DNA of 63,970 nt, filler included, from Welwitschia mirabilis (GCA_051453625.1; 5 parts of one record of this genome joined end to end with filler, not necessarily neighbours in it); one strand, 5' to 3'; positions 37,493-51,520 are shown, counted from the whole stretch's first letter. The notes: generated by a model from the letters alone, not told the origin. Translations and numbers: made by a program.

Positions 37493-40400
37493 NNNNNNNN
37501 NNNNNNNNNNNNNNNNNNNNNNNNNNNNNNNNNNNNNNNNNNNNNNTAATAAGAATTAATAATTAAAAAGTATGTGTGTATGTGTGTGTGTGTATATATA
37601 TATATATAAAATCCATATTCATTTTACCTTATTAGTAATATAATCCTCAAGTTTTATTAAAACTTTTTTTATTTAATATGTTTTATTCTCATGAATGAGC
37701 TTTAAGAACTGTTACTTACTAATGAATGTACATCTATTAAGATATAAATATGAATGATATCATTTTTTCTCTTTTTTTTTTAAATTAGATGCTTAGCATT
37801 CTAGCCAATAAGTTATTGGATATAAATTTTAAATCTTATAGCTAAGATTAATCAATACTCCATCACATGCTTAGGTTGATGCATGGTCAAATATTATCTA
37901 CATTAGAACTAGTTGTCTTGGTAGGCTTCAACTAGTCACTTAAGATTTCATTGTCTACTTTACCTGCATAATTTTAAGTATAATCATGTTGATTTTAAAA
38001 CTAGATTTGTATTATAACTAATGGTATGCATATGAAAACTTGACTAATAAATAACATTTAAAAATATATAGGTAATGTATTAGAATAAAGCTCCTTGATG
38101 AAGTCCTATATTAATTATTAAAGTTTTAGAATTCTCTTNNNNNNNNNNNNNNNNNNNNNNNNNNNNNNNNNNNNNNNNNNNNNNNNNNNNNNNNNNNNNN
38201 NNNNNNNNNNNNNCATCTTAGCATTAGAGCATAGGTTAACAACTTTACTTGGCATAACTATTATTATGATGTAAATTGCAATTCCACTTGGCTTAACTCT
38301 ATTTAAGTTGCAAGTTTTAACATAGAAATTTAGGCTTGTAATATGTATTACTTGATTTACATGAGGTTAACATGGCCCCAAGGAGAGTATTTAACTGACT
38401 AATTGAAGTAACAACTTTAATAAATCTCGTTAGAAACCTAGCGGGTGAACTTTTGAGCAAGCAATAAGTGGGAAGACAGCAACTCTATCTAGAAAATGAT
38501 GGTATAACTTAAGAGAATGAAAACTTTAACTTTCTAAGGTATCAACAATATGGTACACGTAAAAGCATGTTTGATATATGTAAAAAAACAATCTAGAATT
38601 ATCCAACTTCATTATTCATCAACTTGTTAGAAGAGTAACTTTACAATGGAATGTAGAAATATTCTGAAATGTGAAGAGAATTCGATCATTATTTTCAACA
38701 CTTATGAATTAGGAAGGATATAAAAGAAAATATAGATAGATGCATCATAAATTATTTTCATAACTATGAAGGCCAACAAATTCTATAATCTTATAAGTAG
38801 GTATGAAGAAGTAAAATTTAGAAAAGTTATGATTGGTCTACATCTAGTAATTTGAGGTTAATTGAAATTATTTCAATTCAAGATAATTGTAGAAGCCTTG
38901 AATAAGGCTAGAATTAATGAAGAATTATGTACTAAGAACCATAAGAATGTCTCAATATAATGCAATCATGAAACCAATCTCTTAGAATTTAGATATGATC
39001 AAAAGAAAAGGTAGAGTAAATATGGCTACAATCAATACTAAAATAATACATAAACTTCAAGAAAGAAAGTAGAGATAGATTTGTGAAACTACCAAGAAAT
39101 GATTAGTCTTTTAAATTCAACTAATAATTTCAAGAACATGGAACATTTTCTATGTTAGATACTCACTGTGTTAGAATTGCCTTGAAATGAAGCATCAAGA
39201 AACACCTATAACAAGTGTATAGAAGATGTCATTTAGTCAAAACTAGAGGTTGTTTTTATTAGGGTCAATTTTCCTTCTATGTCTATTAAAATTTTTCATG
39301 GAAGATTTATTGTTTTTAATAGCAATAATGTATTGAAGAAGAGATAGTATCATGTTAAGTACTAATTCTATGAAGATAGAAGATGAAATAGTTATGGTTA
39401 AAGATAAATAAAATTATAAGGATGAATGAAGAAGAATGAAATTTTCTCAAATAAGAAATTAAAATTAATCTAAAAGGGTGTAGAAATTAATTTTGTTAAT
39501 AATATAAGTTGGGATGAAAAGTTAATGCAATGAATTAATCCTTTAACCCTATTGAAGAAAAATTTTCTAGTACTTAAGGAAGATATAGTCGAAGTTTTAC
39601 CTCATTAACATGCAATATCATCTCTTTATATTATTATGATCTATTACTTGCATTAATGGATTAACTCTTTGGTTTATCTGGTTAGCTTATATTCTATTGT
39701 TAGCAAGTCTTAAATTAATCCTTTATCTTAAGAAATTCTTATGTTAATTGAACCCTCATTTGCAGTTACCATTTGCATTTATCTTGTAATCCTTAGCTAC
39801 TTGATAAATCTTAATTAGCTAATCCTATTACTATATGATTAAAGTTATGATCTTGTTTAGATGGACTATGCACTTTAACCTTATGGACTAAAATTTACTT
39901 ACAATCAACTAATCTAAAATCCCTTGTATATATATTTAGTCTATACTTGCATAACCTTATTTCATACTTTCTATCCTTGATTTATTAGATCTTAAGATTC
40001 TATATCATCCATATAAATCCTTGAAGTGGAAATTAAACTATATTATACATGGAGAAGTGTCAAGAAAGCTTTGAAAGAAGAAGTACACAATAAGAAATGT
40101 AATGCAGAAGAGATCTACAATTTTGAAACTTAAGGAATTTCTACATAACAACCTTAGAAGTATGTGTCATAATTTGGAGTAAGAGATAGTTATATTACTA
40201 TATTTGAGTTGCAATTTTGGACTTAATGGTTTAAGCACATTTTTTCTTGGTTAACGTAAGTAGGTCATTAAGATATTTTGGCTTATGAAATTAAATGATT
40301 CAACTTAATTGATGGCTTATTCAAATATTCTTCCTAGAAATTTATTCCAAGAAAGATATTCTAGTTTACAAATTTTTCTCTAATTAAGTAATTATTGTAA

Positions 40401-43224
40401 CATTAGAAAATGAAAAAAAATTAAAAGGTTATGATTAACATAAGAGTTTATCTAAATTTTTGAAGTCAATATGTCATAAAGTTTAGTATTGGGATGAAGG
40501 TAAATATGTAATACTTAACTTAAGGATAAGTTCATGAATATTTATATTGATGATATCAATGGCCTAGACTAAGCTGTGTGGATTTGTTTATTGAAGAACA
40601 ATAGTATGAAGTTAAAGGCTATCTTATCCTAACTACTCCTAATACAAAGTCTCATAGGAAGAAATTTTTCACATGCATTTGTAGTAAGTTTAACAAAATG
40701 AAGAAGGTGGAGTACAAATTTATATTCTACTATGAAGTACTTAGAAAGATTACATAATCCATATTGTATATGAAGATACCAATTACAATTTAAATAGCAA
40801 AATTAATCTTTAAGAAGTTTGAAATGTTCTATAATTCAGTAAAGCTAACTTTTGATACATATTATGGATTAATATGATTCAATTAATCCATGGAAGAAGA
40901 AAATTGGGAAATAAAAGAAGATATTAATAAATGAATACCTAATCTTTTAATAAGTTTTAAGGATGAAACTTCTTAAGGAGGTGAGAAATGTCATGTCCAC
41001 ATTTTTACTTTTCTTAAAAAACTGCAAAGTTTATATTTAATAAAATATTTAAAAAATATTAAATTATTTAAAACTCTAATTGTTTTGAATGTCATGTTCT
41101 TGAGATGTAGTCTTATTTAAATTATAGTACGAGTACCTTTTATTTAATGTTGACCTCTAATTTTCAAATGCTTTTATGGTGGAAATGATTTCTTTTATTT
41201 GCTTATGCATTTTTTTAATATAAATTATGCTTAATTAAATGTATATTGTGGAGACATGTTATTTATCCTTTTTTATCATTATTAAATGTGAGGCATTATC
41301 TTTATTTATGTTATTAAAGGTACCTAGTGGCTAGGAAATCTTGTATAAGACATTTTGTAACTTCCCTCTGAATCATCGCTTCATGTTGTGTCCTTTCGTA
41401 TCCTTGAGTTTNNNNNNNNNNNNNNNNNNNNNNNNNNNNNNNNNNNNNNNNNNNNNNNNNNNNNNNNNNNNNNNNNNNNNNNNNNNNNNNNNNNNNNNNN
41501 NNNNNNNNNNNTGAGATGTAGTCTTATTTAAATTATAGTACGAGTACCTTTTATTTAATGTTGACCTATAATTTTCAAATGCTTTTATGGTGGAAATGAT
41601 TTCTTTTATTTACTTATGCATTTTTAATAGAAATTATGATTAATTAAATTTATATTATGGAGACATGTTATTTATCCTTTTTTATCATTATTAAATGTGA
41701 AGCATTATCTTTATTTATGTTATTAAAGGCACCTAGTGGCTAGGAAATCTTGTATAAGACATTTTGTAACTTCCCTCTGACTCATCACTTCATGTTGTGT
41801 CCTTTCGTATCCTTGAGTTTTATCATCTTATGCATGTTCTCTCATCTTAAATAGAATCCTTCCTCCCTTAAGTCTAGTTTTATTTTTTAGAACAATCTTG
41901 CCATGAAATCTTGGAAGCTTAAGAGGCTTAGAAGCTCTGAAATACTTGTAAGATCTTCAAATAATGAACTTACAGGTATGGCTCTATACCTTTATTCTTT
42001 CTTGTTTGTCCTTTATTATGCATTTCATTATTGAAATCATCATGTTTATATTTCTATAAGTTTAATTTTAAATCATGTGATGCTTAATAAGATAATTTCT
42101 ATTTTGATACATGTCTTATCTCCATTTACCCATTTTCTCGATGTCTTAACATTATCTATTCTTGATATGTAATGATTATTTGTGATTAATCCTTATCATA
42201 TTCACCTTGTTATCTTGATATTGGAATCTACGTCTAGGTATATGTTGTGATCAAACCTATCTTAGTTTCTTGATTTTTTTTTATTGAACTTATGATTATA
42301 AATTTTCAAAGATCATCGAATGAGGTAGTGAACTTCATAGATCACTAAATGAGGTAGTGAAGAGAGAATCCCATAGATCATTGAATGAGGTAGTGGAAAT
42401 GTTATATTTACCACAAATCATTGAATGAGGTAGTGGTATTCACAGATCACTGAACAAGGCAGTGAAGTTCATAATGATTGAAATTATATATATATTATTA
42501 TAAGAACCACAAAATTACCAAATGAGATAGTAGGCTTTATAGATCACTGAATGAGGCTATGAAGTTAAATATTATTTGAGAATCACAGATCACCGAATGA
42601 GGCNNNNNNNNNNNNNNNNNNNNNNNNNNNNNNNNNNNNNNNNNNNNNNNNNNNNNNNNNNNNNNNNNNNNNNNNNNNNNNNNNNNNNNNNNNNNNNNNN
42701 NNNNNNNNNNNNNNNNNNNNNNNNNNNNNNNNNNNNNNNNNNNNNNNNNNNNNNNNNNNNNNNNNNNNNNNNNNNNNNNNNNNNNNNNNNNNNNNNNNNN
42801 NNNNNNNNNNNNNNNNNNNNNNNNNNNNNNNNNNNNNNNNNNNNNNNNNNNNNNNNNNNNNNNNNNNNNNNNNNNNNNNNNNNNNNNNNNNNNNNNNNNN
42901 NNNNNNNNNNNNNNNNNNNNNNNNNNNNNNNNNNNNNNNNNNNNNNNNNNNNNNNNNNNNNNNNNNNNNNNNNNNNNNNNNNNNNNNNNNNNNNNNNNNN
43001 NNNNNNNNNNNNNNNNNNNNNNNNNNNNNNNNNNNNNNNNNNNNNNNNNNNNNNNNNNNNNNNNNNNNNNNNNNNNNNNNNNNNNNNNNNNNNNNNNNNC
43101 TTCATAGATCACTGAATGAGTCTGTTAAGTTAAATATTATTAAGAATAATAGATAACCGAATGAGGCAATGGACTCTACAAATTTCCGAATAAGGTAGTG
43201 AGGTGATTGAGATATTTATTATAT

Positions 43225-43341
43225 TTAAAAGTAGAGGATTGACCTTAGAGGAGGTGAATAGATCTTTAATTATCAATTTCCTTGGTCTTTACAACCTGCA
43301 AATAAAACAAGTACATATGCAATGCACAATAGCATGATATC
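43225..43341 (-). mobile_element. SIRE-like LTR 3' end (reverse orientation) inserted into the Tekay LTR
   Basis: cttagaggaggtgaatag resembles the reverse complement of the conserved sirevirus U5 motif ctattcacccccctct. Confidence 0.55.
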
Positions 43342-43441
43342 NNNNNNNNNNNNNNNNNNNNNNNNNNNNNNNNNNNNNNNNNNNNTTAATTAATTAANNN
43401 NNNNNNNNNNNNNNNNNNNNNNNNNNNNNNNNNNNNNNNNN
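43342..43441. other. Artificial scaffold-joining spacer
   Basis: N44 + TTAATTAATTAA (43386-43397) + N44. Confidence 0.97.
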
Positions 43442-45059
43442 CTTAAATATCTTTAACTTGACTTATTTATTTACATATGAATTTTTCATAATTAGTGATA
43501 TTTTACTTGGGCATTTTAGATGATAAGATTAGATTCATCCAATCTTCAGATCTTCTTATGTCTATAAACTTTAATTTGAAGGAAGATGCCTTATTTCTTT
43601 TATTCTCTTTTAATGATAAGAGTAATTAATTGTTTTTTCATGTTCTTACTTTGTTACTTATCTCATTACTTTCCTTTTATCCTTACAAGTACTTGGTCAT
43701 GTGGAATGTTACTTCAAAAAAAAAAAAAAGAAAAGGAAAAAAAGATTGTTTTGGGAGTGGTGGGGGCCATGAAAGAAGGATTGTTAAGGGGGGAGGGGAA
43801 GAAAGAAAAGAAATAAAGACCATGGTCTTTCATGTTATATCTCAAAAACATAATCACCATAATGCCCAATTGCAAGAGCACTAGGACCAAGCTTCTCGAG
43901 AGGGGCCCGTTGGTAGTATGATGTGATAGTTGTGAAAACTCCATTAGGGGGTTAGTTGGCCATGCTGTATGAGTCCTTACTCTTATTATGGTGGTTGCAC
44001 TTCCCTCATCATGGTGAAATAAATTTCATTTTAAGGTTGTGGGATTAGTGGCATTCCTAGTTTTATTAGATGCATTACTTATTTTCTAGACTCATTATTT
44101 ATTTATGTATTTTTAGTACTTCTACATGATCACCTTACTTTTTGGATTCTATTATTATTTTAATATGATAGCTTATAAGTTCCTATTTTAAATAGCTTTT
44201 TATCTTATCATTCATTGTTTAATAACATTAGACATACTTTACATCATAATAATCATTACTTAATTTAGTGGTACTTTATAGTTTCTACATGCTATTATGC
44301 ATCTTTCATCAAGTGATTTTATGATTGCTACCAGGGGAGTTTATTAGGTTAGAATTTATGGTAAAAAATCAATATTCTTCATGTTCCTAGTTGTTTTTTT
44401 AATTATGTTTTTTCTTTAGTTATTTTATTGGATTTTTTGAAGTCATTTTCCATACTTTTTCAGCATCATATTATCAATCTAATTATTTTTCTAGTTTCTT
44501 GTTGATGTGTTTTCCTACAAGATTGATTCTTGATAGGTTTTCATGACCTGATGAGTTTCATTTTTCTTTTTCCATGAGTTTGAGCATATTTTTGGAGTTT
44601 GTGAGCATTGTTTCTTTCTATTTCTATATTTTCCTCTCTTTTTACATGTTCCTTCCTACATCCCTCTTCAACATGGGAATGTTTTTTAAGATATTTCTTT
44701 ACTTTCTACCTTCTTTCTATTTTTACTTTATTTCTTATGGGTTTGCTTCTTTCAAAATTTTTATAGATTATATTTTCTTCTCAAACAACTTATTTGATCA
44801 CTGTTGTCCCATGCCTGTCATTCTAATGACATCTGGGATGATGCTCATCCTTTATATTTGGTTTAATATGGGACATGTTGCTTCTCCTGTAAGACACTTT
44901 TATAGGCTTTATTCTATGATTTTAAGCATAAATTTTTCATATTCTGAGGCATATATATGATGGGTTATTTGTATTAGTTTTAATGTTAATTGAATAAATT
45001 TATGGAGAATTCATGAACTTTATCTTACAAGATTAGTTTTCTTGTAGCTATGTTTCAGC

Positions 45060-46740
45060 TCATCTAAAAAAAAAAAGAAAAAAAAAAAACTATATCTACT
45101 CTTGAACTTTAACTTTATGGATGAAACTAATAAAATTAAATATATTACTCTTTTGAGGATTAGTACTACTTAAGTCTATCACATCAGTCCATTATTACTA
45201 TTTCTGTAATATGCATTTACATTGTCATTTCATAAGTTATTAATGTTACATTTTTATGATTTTTGTATATATATGGCATTTTTTATTCTATAGTAACATG
45301 CTTAAGTAGGGGGCTTAGCAATTTTTTTTAGCATTTATATTAGTTAATCTATTTGTGATATATTTTTTTACATGTTCTAACTAGATTCAATTTCAATCTT
45401 TTTAGTACTATTATCTTAGTAAAATTGGCTCACAATGTAGTTTATCGCTTACTTTATTAGGAATTAATAAGTCTAAGTAGGAGGATATGTTATAATGCTA
45501 ATTTGTAGAAATTTGATGGTGTATCTTAAGTGCTTTTGCAGGACTTTTACATAGGTTTGGATGCAATACTAATAATTATGGAGATTTGATAAGATGATCA
45601 ATAAAACATGTGATTCTTAGCATATTTGAAGGTTTCTCGGGCTTATTCTAATACTTCATACTCGGAATAAGGATTCATCATATAAAAGACTGACTCACCT
45701 TTAAGATTAGAGATAATGGGACCTATCATGCCCTTTGTCATCTCCACAATAGGTAGGATGATAGCACTACTGACATAGAAAAAAGCTGTGGGGCTGATAG
45801 CCGAGCATGAAGCTGATGAATTACCTTGTAACATAAGGTGATGTTCCATTTGTCATCCTTACAATAGTCAAGACAATATCTATTTTTCTATGGTTAGAAA
45901 TAATTATTTTTATAATGGGGTTAAGTGACACATTTCGACTATTAGAGTTTCTTTTCTAACTTCTTGGGTTAAGTTTCTAGAACATCAATGTAAAACTATA
46001 AATACCATTTTACTCTTTCAATTTTTTTTCCATATTTTTTACTAGAAATTCTTGTGACAGAAGATTAAAGGATAAGAGATCCATTTAGTAGCTATAGAAA
46101 GGAGTTTCCTTGGTATTAGGCTGAGTCTTTTCCATTGAGATGCTTCTATTTTGTTGTAAGTGGATGTAAAGTTCTTGGATTTATCCAATTACTCTTTAAA
46201 TCAATACAATTACTCTTTTCATTCCAATTCTGTGTATGTCCCTTATGGTTTAAGTTGGTCATAGTTAAGTGATAGTTTTATAATTTATTTAGATCATAAG
46301 GGCAACCTTTGTTAAGGTTTAATTTAATTAGCTTTAGATTGTATTATTTTTCCATTTATATTTCACATTACATTCCTTATTCTAATTGGTATATATCATA
46401 GATCATATTGGTTAGGAATAAGTTAAGTACTCTTCTTAATTAATCTGAATTATAGAGAGCTAGTTCTTATGACAGAAGAAGTAGGAACCAATAGAGTTCA
46501 TTCCATTTCCATTTTTATTTCATATTAATTTATATTAAATTGCATTTACTTTATTTCCTTTCAGTTATTAAAAGATAAAAGACTAAAAGAAACTATTGGA
46601 TATCAATTCTCTAACTCTGAGCCTAGTGCCTTTATTGGGATTATGATATTTGGGTGAATTCCTATCTATACTAGCATGTATTTTTCTACAAGTTATTTTA
46701 TTTATAGATTTACCTAAATGACTTCAGGATTGCATAAATT
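45060..46740 (+). mobile_element. Possible Athila-like 3' UTR, PPT and LTR remnant
   Basis: Poly-A tracts, ttgaggattagta and aagtagggggc / aagtaggagga PPT-like motifs, tgttataatgctaat LTR-like start at ~45488, and tgggattatgat...ctatact near the end; motif-level resemblance only. Confidence 0.35.
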
Positions 46741-46869
46741 CATACCACAAAATTTCTCCTATGTATCAATTAATCATCTATTCTCAATAAACATTATGTT
46801 TGTAGTGTCTTATATGTGCATTATCTAAGGTAATATCTAGCATAGTGCTTCTTCTCCTCATCTTCTTAT

Positions 46870-49386
46870 GTACATTTTCTAATAAAAAGTCTAGCATTAG
46901 GATTCTATTCATTTACTTCTTCTCCTTTCTCTAGCCTACAACTTGATGTAATCCCTTTCTTCTTCAATAAAAATGCCACTTAAAACCTAATAAAAGAAAG
47001 AGACATGTTGAGTATAATGAAATGATAAGTGGAAAAACTCATAACCTAGGATATTTAGAAGTGATTTTAGGTACACACATATCACCTTACTACATTAACA
47101 AGCTAGTGTGTTGTTTAAGCTAGCACATATTAGTGAAATTTTCTAAAATACCTATTCAACTAGATACTAAATGATTAAGAGCATGATTCCATAAAGGTTA
47201 TGGTAATAATTAGAGCATGCTTTCTTTGGGCTAGTGAAAATAATGTATTTGTTCTCACATGCTTCAAAGTTTTAGGAGTGTAAGGCATTATCTAGATAAT
47301 TGTGGTACATGATATGATTGCTCAATTAGTTTCTTTATTTATTTAAACTTTCTTTTACTAAATTCAATATTTAGATGACACATGAACTTTTTTTTATCAA
47401 ATGTCTTAAGGTTGTTGTAGTGGCTAAGTTACATACATGTTCATAGTGTAGTTGAGGATTCAATTCCAAACAAAAGCAAAATATAAATTTTATTAATAGA
47501 ATTAATGAAAAATATATTTTATGATTTATACAAACATAGTTTTATCCTTAATTATAAACTTTATTTTACATAATATAATTATTCTTGTTTTTATCATTAC
47601 CTATAAACCTTATTCCAATATATCTAGTGACTAGTATGTATCTTGATATTAGAAGTGATACCCTATAACTTTGGTATAAATAAGACAGCTTTAGATATTA
47701 TGTTTTTCAATGATAACTATATTTAGAATGTAAACTATCATGAAGTAGTGGATATTACATCATAGCAAGCTTGAAGTTTTTTATTGTAGAAAATTTGGTA
47801 TTATATTTTGATGCTAGAGCATCAACATGTAGAACTTTTTGGTATTAGAAAAAAAGGGTGTTACATTTTTGGTATCTAAGCCTATGTTGGTGAATTTACT
47901 AGGCATAACTATTGTTAAGTTGGTAAATTCACTAGGCATCACTATTGTTAAGATTATGAACTCATTAGGTGTAACTATTGTTAAGTTTATGAATTACCTT
48001 AGCTTAGCTATTTAACATGGGTTTATGATATGTGTAGTTTAATTTTTTAAAGGACTAATATGGCCCTAGAAAGATTAATAAACTAATCAACTAAAGTTGT
48101 AATACTAGTAAGTGTAATTAATAACTTAATGGATGAGCTTCATAATCAAAGAATCAACGAAAAATATGGTGATTCTCTTAGCAAATTGATGATTTAATTT
48201 AAAAGGATTAACCCTTTAAATTTTAAAGGTGTCGACAATGTAGCTAATGTAGAAGCATGATGGATAGTTATTCAAAGGTAGCTAGAATTATTTAGTTTTA
48301 CTAATAATAAGAAGGCCTTGCTAGTAACTCATCAACCAGTTAAATAAGCAGTATTATGATGGAATGTAGAAAAGATTCAAGTATCATTTCCAATACCTAT
48401 GACATGGGAAGAATTCAAGAGAAGATTTAGATGTAGGTATATCTCAAAATTTTTCATAAATGTAAGTTTTGTGATAATAGCACAACATGAGAATAAATTT
48501 ATAGAACTTTTAAGATATGTTATTGAAATAGCAAGTAGTAAACAAGTAAAATTCAAAAGATTAGTAGCTAGTTTACATCGTACTATTTAAAGGTAAGTAA
48601 AATTGTTTCAACCAAAGTCACTTATAAAAGCTTTAAAAAAATAAGGATATGTGAAGAATCTTCAAATAAGGACAAGGAATTTAGGGAAAGGAAAAGGATT
48701 TTATAAGAAAGAGGAGAATTGCAAGAGAAAAATAAGTAATTCTTTAGAAATAACGATTCAAATTAAATTAATGACAAAGGTGAAGTCTCCAAGGTTAATG
48801 CAATGCAAAATTAGAATAAAATCAAGCCTAAAGGTAGGCCAAGGACTGCCTATTACTTAGGTAATGGAACTAAAGATCCTTAAAGAATAGGATGTTATAA
48901 TTGTGAATATCCCCAAAAGTTACCTTAGCAAAAAGAAGTTAACGGATATAAAGAAGATTTATACCTAAACTCTAAATAAAGGGACCTAATTATTTGTAGT
49001 CTAAAAGATAGTAGGTATTAATATCTTAATTTGTGAAATAATTAGTTAAGCATGGAGTTTCCAAAATTATTTTATTTTTAACAACAAAAGTAGAAATTAT
49101 ATAGTTTCTTAATCCATTAAGTAGTTGCAAATAATAATTTTTTACTACAATTATAATTTTTGAAGTTTTAATTACTCAGTTAACTTTATAAAAAGAAACT
49201 AGATACAAGTTGTAAGATACTATTATAGGTAATTTAAAGAGGTAAAATATTTACTAGTTTTTAATTTCTAAGAGGAAACCTCTTAAGGGGAAGAGAAATG
49301 TCACATCCTAATTTTTTAATGATCAAGATTTAAGTTCAAAATATCTAGATAAATAAGTTAATAGAGAATATGAAATTTTATAAGGC
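46870..49386 (+). mobile_element. Non-autonomous Tekay/Del-like element: 5' LTR end, PBS, 33-bp leader repeats, gag only, PPT, 3' LTR start
   Basis: LTR end gggtgttaca at 47865 (46870-47865 aligns with 55150-56127); PBS tggtatctaagc at 47870-47881; gag FKRINPLNFKGVD..EA*...MTWEEFKRRFRCRYISKFFI...ENKFIELLRY; PPT aagaggaaacctcttaaggggaagagaaa; LTR start tgtcacatcc at 49299. Confidence 0.85.
47891..48010 (+). repeat. 33-bp tandem repeat in the post-PBS leader
   Basis: Unit gtgaattcactaggcataactattgttaagtt(t/g), about 3.5 copies; about 5 copies at 51990-52170. Confidence 0.9.
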
Positions 49387-49486
49387 NNNNNNNNNNNNNN
49401 NNNNNNNNNNNNNNNNNNNNNNNNNNNNNNNNNNNNNNNNNNNNNNNNNNNNNNNNNNNNNNNNNNNNNNNNNNNNNNNNNNNNNN

Positions 49487-50126
49487 CCAACAAGAAAGAA
49501 AGAAGGAATAGAACCATACCCTTATCAGATCATGGTATTTAAGGACTGTGAAGATCATCCAAGATTACAATTAAAGCTCCTATACTTCCTAATATTTAAG
49601 ATTAAAAGGCTAAGTCTTTTTAGAAAATAATCTATACTTGGAAGAAGAAGAACTCTATTTATAATGAGAGAACATGGGTAAAGTAAAAGGACCCAAGAAT
49701 ACAAAAGGACATATCATGAGTCAACAGTAAAGTTGGAGGTTTCATAACATCTCATAGAGTATTTCCTAGCCACTATGAACTTTAGTAATATAAAGAATTC
49801 TTTTTATTCTATCACATCTAATCATAATAATGAGGAAAAATAAATAATAAGCCTCTAGAATCATGCATAAATTCTAGGAAGGAATAACAATAATAATAAG
49901 TAAATGGTATCATCACCACTAAAAGAACATTCTTGAAGATATATAAACTAATATTTTAATCTTTACAAGATAAAAGGGACTTAAAGAATAATTAAATATA
50001 ATAGCATCTCAAAAACATAATATTTATATCAGTTGAAGATCTCAAAATAATTAGATCTTTCTAAATAATTTATTAAAGTTAATCTTTGCATCTTTTTTGG
50101 AAGAAATAAAAATTATAAATGTGACA
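49487..50126 (-). mobile_element. 5' part of a Tekay-like LTR in reverse orientation (family of the LTRs at 27513, 32956 and 40989)
   Basis: Reverse complement begins tgtcacattt at 50126 and contains tagtggctaggaaa, tgtccttttgtattctt, catgttctctcat and ggtatggttctattcc, all shared with the + strand LTRs. Confidence 0.8.
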
Positions 50127-50129
50127 TTC

Positions 50130-51520
50130 CCCTCTGGATCTACATTTTATCTAAAAGGCATTTTTATGCTCTAATTCTTATATGTACAATGCTCATTTTT
50201 TGTGCAGGAACTCTCTTCTAAGTGTGAATTCACTTGCATGGTTTTCTCTACCTCTGTACCACTTACCAATCAATTCCTATCTTTTAAGCCTTAACTATGA
50301 AACAAAAAATGCTAGTTAATATCTATATTCTAAAAACTATATCCTATAAAAGAGCAAATGCCTAGTTAATGTCCTCTTCTAATCAAGTGTTATAGACATT
50401 TTACTTCTAATGTCCATTTGTGCACCTCCACATTCTAGGGGAAAAAACTCATCTTTACTTGACTACCATGCATTTTTGTCTACAAGAAAACCCATTCATC
50501 TTTACTACATATCTTTTATGATCTTTCTTTTACTTTAAAATCTACTTAGAAATGCTATTGCATACCACTTGAAGCATGATTCTTGGAAGCCTTTTGCAAT
50601 CCTTTTTCAACCTAAACTATCATCTTCATTTATAATTTCATGAACTAGTGTTTAAATCTTTCCCCTCTATACTGTCTCATTCATCCCATACTCAACCATC
50701 ACTCTTTCCTTCTATAGTGATGTCATTTGTCCTCAAACATAGTTTGCTTAAAGTAAGGATGTCAAATGAGAAAATAAGAAGAAATTATACATCCGTTGAT
50801 CTATTTTGTATACCATTATTGCATGGAATATGTTTTTCCTACATGCTTAGCATGATGTTCATCTCCATGTAAATCTTTTATTTCTTTCATGAAATTAATC
50901 CTTTAATTAGTTTCTCCTTTTGGTAGTGATTTTCCTTCCACTTTCTCATGTTTATACATGAACACAACATGTTCTTTTATTGTTTTCTTCTACACACTAC
51001 CATCGGCCTCCTTTTCAAATGTATTACCTTAAGAAAACACTCCACAAATAAGCATTTTTGGAGCTAATTCTTCTTATCTTTCTCTTCACTTCACCTGGCT
51101 ACCATCAAATAAGAGCCACTCTACTCCATCTACAAATGCATAGACTTCTAGCATCATCTACTTAAGAGCTGTCAACACTATCAAATATTCAGTAGAATCT
51201 TTTCCTTAATACTTTTCTTTCTATTACTATTCAGATGTTCTTCATTCTTCATCTTTCTTAAACCTGATTGAGAAATCAACATCATTAGGAAAATTTATCA
51301 AGATAGGTAAAGTGCTAGTTATGCCTTCAACTATTGCACCACATCTATTTTATCTTGTTCGTTCTTTTATTCATTGAAATCTAGTCAGATCTTAAGAGGC
51401 TCTAAAGCATGATTGTAAGATGTCTAATGCAAGTAACAAGCAAATAAGATTTGATGGCCAAGATTGATATCCAACTGAATGCATAAGACTTAGGTTTCTA
51501 GTTCGAGTCTCACAAAATAT
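50130..51520 (-). mobile_element. Degenerate Ty1/copia (Tork-like) gag-protease-GAG-pre-integrase with PBS and LTR end
   Basis: Minus strand YK*R**FRLKKDCK (decayed Zn knuckle, ~50635-50595), GYSF (~50345), LYI*ELEH (LWHxRLGH-like, ~50190); decayed reverse PBS gctctaaagcatgattgt at ~51399. Confidence 0.5.

Larger units (their letters stand above)
32956..43220 (+). mobile_element. Non-autonomous Tekay/Del-like element with two LTR starts (32956 and 40989), PBS and gag remnant; 5' LTR interrupted by a LINE
   Basis: tgtcatgttcacatttttacttttc (32956) matches tgtcatgtccacatttttacttttc (40989) and aligns over >1 kb; PBS-like tagcattagagc at 38219-38230; gag remnant 38370-38940; PPT ttaaggatgaaacttcttaaggaggtgagaaa ending at 40988. 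Gaps make single-element continuity unproven. Confidence 0.75.

Noticed and set aside
44574-44960. Hydrophobic 128-aa ORF (likewise 30285-30927, 14752-15168, 53275-53463, 62234-62476)
   Set aside because: Phe/Leu/Ile-rich translations of T-rich strands in TE-derived DNA; no recognisable domain.
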